DNA of 64,000 nucleotides from Veleropilina oligotropha (Eukaryota). The notes beneath the pieces are model-generated. The model saw only the letters and a list, made by a program, of their open reading frames with translations, was not told the DNA's origin and ran no database searches. Shown piece by piece: positions 25,796 to 38,583 of this stretch (the stretch's first letter is position 1; every line of letters begins with the position of its first letter). The stretch covers positions 1-64,000 of the forward strand of contig JBEUKZ010000054.1 of NCBI GenBank assembly GCA_048128005.1, in the 5' to 3' direction. The translations under genes were made by a program, and so were the position numbers.

Positions 25796-28059
25796 TATCA
25801 AGTTCGGTCTCAGAACATTACTTCTATTACTCGTGTTCGAAAGTATACTCATTGTGCCATTTGTAAACTTTACGAAACATACCTCACATATAATTTACAA
25901 CAGAAGCCAGAACAATGGAAGAAACTTGAAAATTATATCCAAATCAGAGGCGTATTATAAGGAAGGTATGCGTATTTATTGGCAAATATAATAACTCTCA
26001 TATAACATGCAATCAGCATATAATGAGAATGATGATGAATGTCTTTTGTTGGTATTATATAACTGCACACTGTGTTTGCATGTATAGAACTCTTACAGCG
26101 ATATTTTTTGAAAATAATAATTAATCAGCTAGACATTCCTGGCATATATAGAGTAAAATAAATGGTGAATGTAGAGACTTTCCATAACTATACACATTTG
26201 GTTGTCATGCAAAATAAATTTTTCGAATACAATTTCCAAATTTTATGGAAAGGTTAAGATAATTTTTCACCATTATGGTGTTTTTTTAGGGGGTTGGGGT
26301 ACATTTTCTAACTTTTACGTTGATTATCTTCAATAAAATAAATTTATATGGAATACAAAAGGATCACAAGTGTCTACGCGTTCCATTGGTACCATGTACA
26401 TGAACAGTATATTTATATTATTGAACATTAACAAGGAATCCTCTGGGAAATACAAAAAATAATTAATTCTAAATTCATGTCATAAAGTAAAAGCAATCAT
26501 AGTTTTAAAGAATTTTATTAACTCTGATTGTCCTGTACTTCTGTGGAATTATATTAAATGCATACCTGGTTGTTATGCAAAAGAAAGTTCGTGTATACAT
26601 ATGCAAATTTTCCAATATTGTGAAAAGTTGAACATATTTTACGTAATTTGGGATATTTTTAAGGGGGTAGGGGTACAATTTCTCACTTTTCATAAGGTTG
26701 TCTGCAATAAAGAATAATAAAATAGATATTAAATGATCATGAGTATCTATTATTTCCATTTGTTCCATACATAACACTACATTGTATTTAAATAGTAACT
26801 TTGACATAAGATAATGCGTATACATAAGGAAATTAAAACGGAATGAAAATCGTGGCATAGGGTTATGCATAACGTAAGTTTGAAGACTTTCCCCAATTTA
26901 GATTTTCCTAGACTTTTGATATGTTATTTTGTACATATATACGTACAAATAAAATTCAAAATAAATTATGTTGCAATTAGTTCTAGGTTAGGCCATTTTG
27001 GGCCTAGATTGACTGGACTATATAGCTTCCGTGACGTCTAGTCACTTCACCAGAAGCTGCAATCAAAGCAGAATACATATTAAAGAAACAGCGTAAATAA
27101 TAGCAATAATTATAGTACCATAGAGTTAGAGAACAGTATATTAAAAGTTAAGAAATAATATGTACTTACTATAGAGTTAGTAGACAGTTTATAAAAATTA
27201 TGAAATATTAAGTGACAATTAGGAAATCCGATATTACCAGCAATATATGTGGAGAAAATGTATTTCGAGCATAAGAATTATGTAAATCCCGGTATATAGG
27301 ACGAATTAATATCGAGCATTATGTAGCCTATATATAGGCATTATGCCATATAACATGTTAGTTTGACATGGATTGATTATAGCTGATATAATACTATAGA
27401 ATGTGACAATTACAAAGTAAGCCTATATAGAGCAACAATAACAGTGATTATCACGCAGTAGAGAAAACAATGATAAGTGAATATGAATAAAAGACTTCGT
27501 ATGCTCACCTCTACTCAAGGAATCGAGTTTCACACCGTTTCTGGGAATATACAGGCTGTCTGGATCCCACATTTGAAAGCAGAAATGCATGTGTTACATT
27601 GTGAAAAAAAGGAAAAAATTACTCATAACTTTTAGTGAAAATGGTTAAAAAATGTTGTTAAGAAATATCGCTATTACCCTGTCAGAGTGCAGTAGAGGAG
27701 GTTTCAGGCTGTTGATTGGCAGGCGAACAGTTGATAGTACAAAATCGCAAATTAACGCTACAATGTAGATTGTGATTTTGAGCCTGATCCAGTGTACGGC
27801 ACTTGCGCTCGCTAAATGTGACATAATAGTTAACATTGGAGCACACGAAATGCTCATGATGTGCAGTTTGAGCGTTAAAATAATGTACATCATAGTGAAT
27901 ATTGGCGTCCACGAAATTTTATTTGACGAAATAGTTTTGTTGCGAAATGTCGGCATTCTAGTTGCTTTTCACGAGAGTCACAATCTAAGAAATCGTGAAG
28001 AGCGGCACATTTCAAAGCTATTTCAGGCGTTGGATCCTAACTTTGCCGACGTGTTTGCC

Positions 28060-28080
28060 ATGAATGACGCTCACCGTGAG
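28060..28080 (+). CDS. HAUS1: HAUS augmin-like complex subunit 1, coding exon 1 (MNDAHRE)
   Basis: gccATG context and GAG|GTAATC donor. Phase 0 matches the phase-0 start of exon 2, and the length fits the short HAUS1 N-terminus. Confidence 0.7.
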
Positions 28081-28372
28081 GTAATCACAAACCAACACGA
28101 CCCATGATGAATTGATAGGGTGTTTTGCGACCAATTAATGAATTATTTCAGATATGCGGTTCCACAGTCGGGAGTTGCAGTTCTTGGAGGCACTTGCTGG
28201 ACGGTGGACCCCTATTGAATTGAGTCTTTCAACAGTCAAGTTTCATATATATTTCAATTTTCATTATATTTATAATATATCAGCCAAATTGCACGGGCCA
28301 TTGACGCTAACCAGAAATATGAGCGAAATCCATCATCGACTTGCCGCCCACCCACTGATTACGTATTATACG

Positions 28373-29693
28373 CAGAGGCGGCGGAACGATTTTCACATTG
28401 GGGGGGCCCTACAGGGGCGGATCCTGCCCCGTTTCACAAAAAATCGTAGACGTAGTTGTAGACGTAATAGAATCTTTCGACAATTTTTGATTGGCTGTTT
28501 AAGTTTAACAGCCAATCAAAATTGTCGTAAGATTCTATTACGTTTACGCTTACGTCTACGATTTTTTGTGAAACGGGGCCCAGACAATATGTTTGACTAC
28601 TGCCCTATGGATTGAATGCATGAAAATACTCCTAATCGGCGTGGGGTTTGGGGCCCGCACTAGGGCTCCACCATAAAATTTTAGTGTTTTTGGATGCCTT
28701 TTAAGCAATCTGAAGCTTCCGATTTTAATAATATCATTAAATTTTAATTTTGGATTTTTCACACATTTGCTATAAAATCTGACTACCGCCCGGGCGTAGG
28801 TGGCCGGTACCGTGGATCCGCCCCTGCCCTAAACAAGACTCTTTGCCTTACCACCATGTTAGGGGGGTATCTTTAACCAAGGCAGCGTGAGCGGCCGTAG
28901 TCCGCGAACATCTAGGGGGGTTTGGGGGCATGCACCCCCAAGATTTTTTTAATTTAGAAGCTCTGAAAAGCGTTCTCCTGCATTATAGGACAAAAATTGA
29001 CATTTTTTTTGCCTCAAAATTTGGAGAGGAGAAATTATTAAAAACATGTTAAAATATTCTATAATAATAGTACTATCCCACATATTTTGCTGCATTCTGG
29101 AATATAAATTTACTACGTACTTCGTTTGTTCAATACTATTTTTACCGACACTATATTACGGGCATGGTTTACAAGTGTTCTAGGGAGGAATTATGATGGC
29201 GAATCGCTGATAAGATAACGAAATAACTTGTTCAACTGCAGCAATTGTCTAGCTAATGCCGGAAATCTCGCATTGAAATGTCTTTATATTGATTACGCTT
29301 ACAAAACTATGAACGAAATAGCTAGGGCCAACTTTGCAAGTGATAATTATTCGCGAAATCGACCATGGCAAAGATTGTGATAGTGTGATGACGTTAGCAT
29401 TCAGCTTATGCGAGGGTACTTGCTTCAAAAATATTAGAGGGGTAAATACCCCCCTTAACTGTCGCGACGCCCCTGCACCCATTCGCACAATCTTCAAAGC
29501 ATCAACTGCGAAACTCTTATACTGCCTGTCTTTAATGCCAGCATTAGGATTATGTTACGTTAATGACAACACTGCCAACACCTCCCTACTTGTAATACGT
29601 TATTAATTTAATACTTCCAAAATATTTGGGCCCCTAGATATTTGTATTGGGGGGGCCCGGCCCCCCCTGGCCCCCCCGGTTCCGCCGCCTCTG
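28373..29693. mobile_element. Three-level MITE nest in HAUS1 intron 1
   Basis: Outer: TIR cagaggcggcggaac with 5-bp TSD atacg. Middle (28412-28826): TIR caggggcggatcc with 5-bp TSD cccta. Innermost (~28426-28580): palindromic MITE. Confidence 0.9.
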
Positions 29694-30597
29694 ATACGTA
29701 TAACAAAAATTCATACAATTTAAACTTAGGGCTTTGCAAATGCATGTTCGAATATATATAGGCCTATACCATATGAATAATTTCAAAATTATTCTTACAT
29801 TTTGGAAAATTGATTCAAAATTTCAATTAAACATTTTTAAAATATATTTTTTACTATTATGATATTACCAATTATAAAACTACTAAAGAAGCTGACAATA
29901 TATGCCATAGTGATACACATGCACTAGAATTTACTAGAGTCTATAGACTTTAATAACTTGAATTATTTTAAACACGTGAGTTAGATGGGGCTCAATTATT
30001 ATACTATAAGTTGTCGAGTGATGTCGCGGTAAACACGGTGCATTCATTACCACATGACGTTGAACCACGAGGCGCTTGCCAAGTGGTTTTTATGTTATAA
30101 GGTATTTTATGCACTTTTTTTACCAAGACGTTCCTCGATAACGTATTTATCTTGCTTTTATTATGTTATTAAATCTGATACGAACAAATTCCTGACTTTG
30201 CTCATAACACTGCAGTGCTGTTATATATAATCATAACTGACTAATGCAATGTATAGACATTGAAAATGGCAATGTTTACATTTGTATTCAAACCACGACT
30301 TCAGTAACTCCCATTCAAGGTTTTTCATATGAGGACATCTTTATTGACAGGCGACGTCACAAAGAATATTAATCAGCCATGGTATAAGCTTTCATATACC
30401 ATACCATGACTGGGTGGTGTTTGTCATCAGTTACTAAAACGACGTCAGCCAATCAGAAGAGAGGATTCGCGGCAAAACCATGATAAAAATAGATGCTACC
30501 ATTAATGTGAAATTAATGTGTAACTGTAACAAATCTTGCAAAATGAATATGACTTTAACTTATAATCAATCAACTTACTTACTGCCTTTTGTTATAG

Positions 30598-30772
30598 GTT
30601 GAAGCATGGCTCAGTCAACTTTTTGTCGACGAATCTATCCCAAGCTATGAAGTAAACGAACGAAGCATTGATCTGTTGTATTCTTTAATGAAAAGTTCCG
30701 AAAGAAGTGACCTTCAAACACAGCACGTTATCGATGACTACTGGCAACAGGCGGAAGAATACGGCAGTGAAG
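30598..30772 (+). CDS. HAUS1: HAUS1 coding exon 2 (175 nt, phase 0 to 1)
   Basis: ttttgttatag| VEAWLSQLFVDESIPSYEVNERSIDLLYSLMKSSERSDLQTQHVIDDYWQQAEEYGSE |gtatgt. It aligns without gaps to the recalled human HAUS1 segment VAAWLKKIFGDHPIPQYEVNPRT...IEDLKQKASEYESE. Confidence 0.9.
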
Positions 30773-31601
30773 GTATGTAATGCGGCAACAGGCGGAAGAA
30801 TACGGCAGTGAAGGTATGTAATGCGGCAACAGGCGGAAGAATACGGCAGTGAAGGTATGTAATGCGGCAACAGGCGGAAGAATACGGCAGTGAAGGTATG
30901 TAATGCGGCAACAGGCGGAAGAATACGGCAGTGAAGGTATGTAATGCGGCAACAGGCGGAAGAATACGGCAGTGAAGGTATGTAATGTGGCAACAGGCGG
31001 AAGAATACGGCAGTGAAGGTATGTAATGCGGCAACAGGCGGAAGAATACGGCAGTGAAGGTATGTAATGCGGCAACAGGCAGAAGAATACGGCAGTGAAG
31101 GTATGTAATGCGGCAACAGGTGGAAGAATACGGCAGTGAAGGTATGTAATGCGGCAACAGGCGGAAGAATACGGCAGTGAAGGTATGTAATGCGGCAACA
31201 GGCGGAAGAATACGGCAGTGAAGGTATGTAATGCGGCAACAGGCGGAATAATACGGCAGTGAAGGTATGTAATGCGGCAACAGGCGGAAGAATACGGCAG
31301 TGAAGGTATGTAATGCGGCAACAGGTGGAAGAATACGGCAGTGAAGGTATGTAATGCGGCGACAGGCGGAATAATACGTCAGTGAAGGTATGTAATGTGG
31401 CAACAGGCAGAGGAATACGGCAGTGAAGGTATGTAATGCGGCAACAGGCGGAAGAATACGGCAGTGAAGGTATGTAATGCGGCAACAGGCAGAGGAATAC
31501 GGCAGTGAAGGTATGTAATGCGGCAACAGGCAGATGAACACGGCAGTGAAGGTATGTAATGCGGCAACAGGCAGATGAATACGGCAGTGGAGGTATGTAA
31601 T
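30743..31601 (+). repeat. 41-bp minisatellite, 21 copies, made of the HAUS1 exon-2 end plus splice donor
   Basis: Unit ggcaacaggcggaagaatacggcagtgaag|gtatgtaatgc. The first copy starts at 30743 and the last at 31563 (20 x 41 bp later). Confidence 0.97.
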
Positions 31602-31689
31602 ACGCTACTGTCTCTGGCCTGGTAATTGACAATCGCACGTTAACTTACGTTACACTATAACGTATTTGCATGGGTAAACCCAGTGGAGC

Positions 31690-31980
31690 AGTAATCTCTA
31701 ACCGGGAATTTTCATAACAGTTATAACGTTACAAACGGCTGGACCGATCTCCACCAAATTTGGCATGTGAACTAAGGGTACGAAGGCGGTGGTTATGACG
31801 CTTTCAAATTTTTTTTTCTTGGGGGCGGGGGTGGTTTTTTGGGGGGGGGGGAATTTTCATATTTTCATAGTTAGCACTCAGTGGAGATCTTTCGTGGAAT
31901 GTTAGAGGCGTTCAAGATAAAAAATTAGGTTATTGATGAGGTGGGGAGACTCACCCGTCGAAGACGGGTACCCTGGCTAG
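31690..31980 (+). mobile_element. Helitron-like 3' end fragment
   Basis: Hairpin acccgtc-gaa-gacgggt a few nt upstream of CTAG|T. The 5' boundary is uncertain. Confidence 0.6.
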
Positions 31981-32023
31981 TAGTAATATATTTTAGAAGT
32001 AGACAAAACACAACATTTGAAAA

Positions 32024-34538
32024 ATGATCATGTACTGTAACAATGATCATGTACTGTAATACAGTAACAATGATCATGTACTGTAATACATTACATGATC
32101 ATTGTTATCATCGTTACAGTACATGATCATTGTTACAGTACATGATCATTGTTACAGTACATGATCATTGTTATCATCGTTACAGTACATGATCATCGTT
32201 ACAGTACATGATCATTGTTACTGTATTACAGTACATGATCATTGTTACTGTATTACAGTACATGATCATTGTTACTGTATTACAGTACATGATCATTGTT
32301 ACTGTATTACAGTACATGATCATTGTTACTGTATTACAGTACATGATCATTGTTACTGTATTACAGTACATGATCATTGTTACTGTATTACAGTACATGA
32401 TCATTGTTACAGTACATGATCATTGTTATCATCGTTACAGTACATGATCATTGTTGCAGTATATGATCATTGTTACTGTATTACAGTACATGATCATTGT
32501 TACTGTATTACAGTACATGAGCATTGTTACTGTATTACAGTACATGATCATTGTTACTGTATTACAGTACATGATCATTGTTACAGTACATGATCATTGT
32601 TATCATCGTTACAGTACATGATCATCGTTACAGTACATGATCATTGTTACATGATCATCATTACAGTACATGATCATTGTTACAGTACATGATCATTGTT
32701 ATCATTGTTACAGTACATGATCATTGTTATCATCGTTACAGTACATGATCATCGTTACAGTACATGATCATCGTTACAGTACATGATCATTGTTACAGTA
32801 CATGATCATTGTTACAGTACATGATCATTGTTACAGTACATGATCATCGTTACAGTACATGATCATCGTTACAGTACATGATCATCGTTACAGTACATGA
32901 TTATTGTTACAGTACATGATCATTGTTATCATTGTTACAGTACATGATCATTGTTACAGTACATGATCATTGTTACAGTACATGATCATTGTTATCATTG
33001 TTACAGTACATGATCATTGTTATCATTGTTACAGTACATGATCATTGTTACAGTACATGATCATTGTTATCATTGTTACAGTACATGATCATTGTTACAG
33101 TACATGATTATTGTTATCATTGTTACAGTACATGATCATCGTTACAGTACATGATCATCGTTACAGTACATGATCATTGTTACAGTACATGATCATTGTT
33201 ACAGTACATGATCATTGTTACAGTACATGATCATTGTTACAGTACATGATCATCGTTACAGTACATGATCATTGTTACAGTACATGATCATTGTTACAGT
33301 ACATGATCATTGTTACAGTACATGATCATCGTTACAGTACATGATCATCATTACAGTACATGATCATTGTTACAGTACATCATCATTGTTACTGTACATG
33401 ATCATTGTTATCATTGTTACAGTACATGATCATCGTTACAGTACATGATCATTGTTACTGTATTACAGTACATGGTCATTGTTACAGTACATGATCATCG
33501 TTACAGTACATGATCATCGTTACAGTACATGATCATCGTTACAGTACATGATCATTGTTACAGTACATGATCATTGTTACAGTACATGATCATCGTTACA
33601 GTACATGATCATTGTTATCATTGTTACAGTACATGATCATTGTTATCATTATTACAGTACATGATCATTGTTACAGTACATGATCATTGTTACAGTACAT
33701 GATCATCGTTACAGTACATGATCATTGTTACAGTACATGATCATTGTTACAGTACATGATCATCGTTACAGTACATGATCATCGTTACAATACATGATCA
33801 TTGTTACAGTACATGATCATCGTTACAGTACATGATCATCGTTCAGTACATGATCATTGTTACAGTACATGATCATTGTTATCATTGTTACAGTACATGA
33901 TCATTGTTATCATTGTTACAGTACATGATCATTGTTATCATTGTTACAGTACATGATCATTGTTACAGTACATGCTCATTGTTACAGTACATGATCATCG
34001 TTACAGTACATGATCATCGTTCAGTACATGATCATTGTTACAGTACATGATCATTGTTACAGTACATGATCATCGTTACAGTACATGATCATTGTTATCA
34101 TTGTTACAGTACATGATCATTGTTATCATTGTTACAGTACATGATCATTGTTATCATTGTTACAGTACATGATCATTGTTATCATTGTTACAGTACATGA
34201 TCATTGTTATCATCGTTACAGTACATGATCATCGTTACAGTACATGATCATCGTTACAGTACATGATCATCGTTACAGTACATGATCATTGTTACAGTAC
34301 ATGATCATTGTTACAGTACATGATCATTGTTATCATTGTTACAGTACATGATCATTGTTACAGTACATGATCATTGTTATCATTGTTACAGTACATGATC
34401 ATTGTTATCATTGTTACAGTACATGATCATTGTTACAGTACATGATCATTGTTACAGTACATGATCATTGTTACAGTACATGATCATTGTTACAGTACAT
34501 GATCATTGTTACAGTACATGATCATTGTTACAGTACAT
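32024..34538. repeat. 19-bp satellite (acagtacatgatcattgtt) with 28-bp variants, left block
   Basis: Direct reading. The first ~65 bp are in inverted orientation. Confidence 0.98.
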
Positions 34539-37500
34539 CCCAGCTAACACATAACGTTATCCTAACGTTATGTAACGTTATGTCAATGTTATTGTTTGGT
34601 TATCGTTTTCAGGAACGTTCTGAGAACGTTTTTGTTACGTTATTTTGTGTCTTGCGTTTTTCAAGGTTTGTGACCAATATTATAGGAACGTTCGTGCAAC
34701 GTTTTTTCTGTGCACTTCTAATGCATTTCAAAATCAAATAAATGCAATTTATGAATGTTATGTGATAATGTTCCGGGAACGTTATTGTAACGTTATTTTA
34801 TATTGTTGATCTATAGTTTTCATGTGAGTGTGACAAACGTTACAGGAACGTTTATGCAACGTTTTTCTGTGCACTTATAGCAAAACATTATTTAATTAAC
34901 ACAGAAATATTAGCACTATTTAACCTTGTCATTGCACTTCAACATCTTATAAAAAGCAAATAAATGCAAATAGTCCAAATATAATCCAATTTATGAATGT
35001 TCTGAGATAACGTTCTTGGAACGTTGTTTTAACGTTCTTTGCATGGTCGATCTATAGTTGCGACAAACGTTATAGGAAGGGGAACGTTTTTGCCACGTTT
35101 TCTGTGCATTCATAGCAAAACATTATTTAATCTTATTTCGCGTCACTGCGCTGCTGTTTTAAAATAATATATATAAAATTTCAGGAAAATGGTACACTCG
35201 TGTATGAATGAAAGTATACATAGCAAAAATTCCACGACTGATGTAAATTATATTATATACATGAGTTCATTGGCAATACACTGGCCAGCCAATGACTTCA
35301 GCCAAGCATGGCCCATCATTGGCCCAAGTATGGCACGCCAGTGCCAATGTAGCCAATGTGGGCCATCATTGGCCCAATGAGGTAATGTTATCTGGGATGG
35401 GCCTACATTGGCACCATACATGGCCCAGCGGACAAAATCTCATTGGGCCAATGATGGCTGGCCAATGATGGGCCAATGAAAACACCTCATTGGCCCATCA
35501 TTGGCCCAATGAGGTAATGTTATCTGCGCAATGTTAAATGGTGCAAATAATTATGTCTGTGTTAATTTAATAATGTTTTGCACTGAAAAACGTTGCATAA
35601 ACGTTCCTATAACGTTTGTCGCAACTAGAGATCGACCATGCAAATAACGTCCCAAGAACATATTATTTAATTAACACAGAAATAATTATTAGCACTATTT
35701 AATATTGTCATAGCACATCAACACCTTATAAAAAGCAAATAAATGCAAATAGACCAAATTTAACCCAATTTATGAATGTTCTGTGATAATATTCTTGGGA
35801 CGTTATTTTAACGTTATTTGCATGGTCGATCTAAAGTTGCGACAAACGTTATAGGAACGTTTATGCAACGTTTTTCAAAGCAAGAACATATTTAATTAAC
35901 ACAGACATAATTATTTGCACTATTTAACATTGTGCATTGTAGTAATGACACTTCAACATCTTATAAAAAGCAAATAAATGCAAATAGACCAAATATCATC
36001 CTATTGCTGAATGTTCTGAGATAACGTTCTTGTAACGTTGTTATAACGTTATTTTGCATGGTCGATCTCTAGTTGCGACAAACGTTATAGGAACGTTTTT
36101 GCCACGTTTTCTGTGCATTCATAGCAAAACATTATTTAATCAACACAGAAATTATTAATGGCGCATAGGTCAGCCTGCATTTAAATATTCATTAATAATA
36201 ATCGATTGGTCATACAATCATGACATCAAATTAACCTCTGATACGATCGAACAACTGTCCCGATAATATATCCACAATTTTTTGCCTTCGGATATTGTTG
36301 AACGTGGACAAGTATATTTCTTAGAATATGCGAACGTGCAATTTCGAGCGTTCGTCGTCAGAGGCGTCAAGTTGAGAATGTACGAGGACCTCAGTCAGGT
36401 AAGTTAAAGTACCGGTAATATTTACGTAATACGATTTTATTGTCATAAACAGTGGCCTAAATCGCGCATACATTGAATATATTATTAGTCTAAATAGTGT
36501 GTGTATTTAAAAGCAGCGCTGTAGTCGACAATGTTGTTTTCATATTAAAACAGCTTTTTTACTCATAATTTAATTTTCTGAGAACTAGCTATGCAAACCG
36601 CTGCTTATCGTTCGTCTGTTTACGTTTGACGATTAGGGCAGCACTCTGTTGCTATATAAATTAATACAGTATATCAGTCTATATAATATTGCAAAGTGAA
36701 CTAATCTCCAAGCGTAAAGTTTAAAACAGACGAACGATAAGCAGCGATCCAGGCTCTGTGATGATCGAACATGTGCACGTACACGATGCGCATCCGACAG
36801 GTCACTTGAAATGCAAACGAAACTAAGATTACTACTAGAGTCTACTAACATAAAAGTATCGATATTATAATATTAGAAATTAGGAAATGGGTGACATTTT
36901 TTTATCGATGGTCATTTTTAGCAACGGCTAATGGTGGTGGGGGAGGGGGGGTGGGGGGTGTATACAGTAACATATGCCTTATAATTCTCGTTAACTGGTA
37001 TATATATATGAGACACATTAGCCAAAGTTCTACACACAATTTTCAGGAGCCTAGCTTAAACTTGCATACATGTAATATGTATAATATTACATATAGGGCC
37101 TAGGCCTATATATAAAAATAACTTGATTATTAAATTGAACAATAGGCATAATATATATTGTTGTAGCCTATGTAAATATACAATGAAAATTCAATAGGGG
37201 TAGGCCTAATTAAATAAATTACCAGAAAAAATAACGATCTTTTTGTATGTATATATTGGCCTATATATATATATATATATGCATGCATATTTTATATTAA
37301 ACTTTGTCAAGTTTGACATAGTAATTAATATGTTATGGTCATTGTACTGGCCTCGTGATTATTATTCCGTTCACTTTTATTAGGCGCAAAACGTTTCATC
37401 GAACGGTCATTACCGTCAACGGGAAATTTGATGAAACATCTTGATTCGGCTGAAAAGTTTATGAAGCGGAATTTCGACAAAACCTTCATGACGACTGTCA

Positions 37501-38583
37501 TTGATTGTCGAGGTAGGTTCATAATTTATAAAGTTCATATTTTGTTAGGTACTAACTTTCTCTTTTGTACTGTTTTGATAGAGTTTTTCTAAAGGCTTTT
37601 ATCATATGTTATACTTTTCATTCATGTGTGCATACATTTCCAAACAATATTTAAGTATTAATCCATGATAAATATGTTTTTTATGTAGTATGTAATTGTA
37701 TATAAAATTGTTTACTCTAATACTTAAGAACATGTTTCGCTCAATCAACAGCAGTGGAAAACTTTTCTGATATAGGGTATATGTATAATTAAATATTATA
37801 AATATATAAAAAATAACTTTATTGAACAAGAAACATATGTAACCTAGGTAAATTTACAATACAAAACTGAAAGCAATAGGCTTAATTATAATATACCCCC
37901 CGTAACGAAGTATTGAAAATCACCCTGTTTGTCCATCCATACTATTCCTCCCAACCTGCTGAGCAGAATTCATCGACACTTGGCATACATGAATGATGAT
38001 CATTACATCATGTATTTGTCCTCTGGATAGCAGTTCTAGTATAATATTTAATAGCAAAAAACTGAATCACCACTATTAAGGCGAGTATCTGGGATTTGTA
38101 TTAACAGGTGTTCAAAATCTGATAAACAGTAGACACTTTGCAAGAGAGCTTACTGATAAGAGGGCCTGCCCTATAAGTATTACAATACTTATAATATTTT
38201 ATAATCATGCAGCAGAATTTGACTGCACATTTCTAATTCATGTGATTATCTACATGATACAATGATATTTTGTGTTATTTATAATTTAATATATATCACT
38301 TTTACTAGGCGCCAAAATGTTTCAACGAACCGGAAATTCGCTGAAACGTTGAAAAGTCGAAGTGGAATTTCGACGAAACCTCCATAACGACTATCGCTCA
38401 CCGACTGATTGTCGAGGTAAGTTGATCATTTATAAGTTTACTGTTAATTATTAATTTCCAGCAGGTTACTTATTATGTTTTCCTATTTTTCAGAGAGTTT
38501 TGAACTTTCCTAATTTTTAGGCTTTTATGTTATACTTTTCAGTCATGTGTCATTGTGTGCATGCATTTCGTAACGATTAAGTA

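Larger units (their letters stand above)
19812..27020 (+). mobile_element. Academ DNA transposon relic with both TIRs
   Basis: Imperfect ~130-bp TIRs (t.gtccagtcaatcta...acctagaactaattgcaaca...tctaggaaaatctaa at left, reverse complement at 26890-27020) enclosing an Academ-like coding relic. Confidence 0.8.

Noticed and set aside
27509..27572. V-ATPase subunit A identity for SLYIPRNGVKLDSLSR
   Set aside because: Short gapped resemblance in a normally highly conserved protein, and no neighbouring exons were found.
28005..28020. CHR cell-cycle element (TTCAAA) upstream of the HAUS1 ATG
   Set aside because: The hexamer is too common in AT-rich DNA to call without a mapped TSS or conservation data.
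30742..30744. Idea that repeat copies preserve an ancestral CGG (Arg) where the exon has TGG (Trp)
   Set aside because: The C in the repeats can equally derive from the intron side of the duplication junction (gtaatac follows the last copy).
30743..31601. CRISPR array, or the three long minus-strand ORFs (30685-31638) as a repeat protein
   Set aside because: Units are contiguous with no unique spacers and there are no cas genes. The ORFs arise only because the reverse strand of the 41-mer lacks stops.
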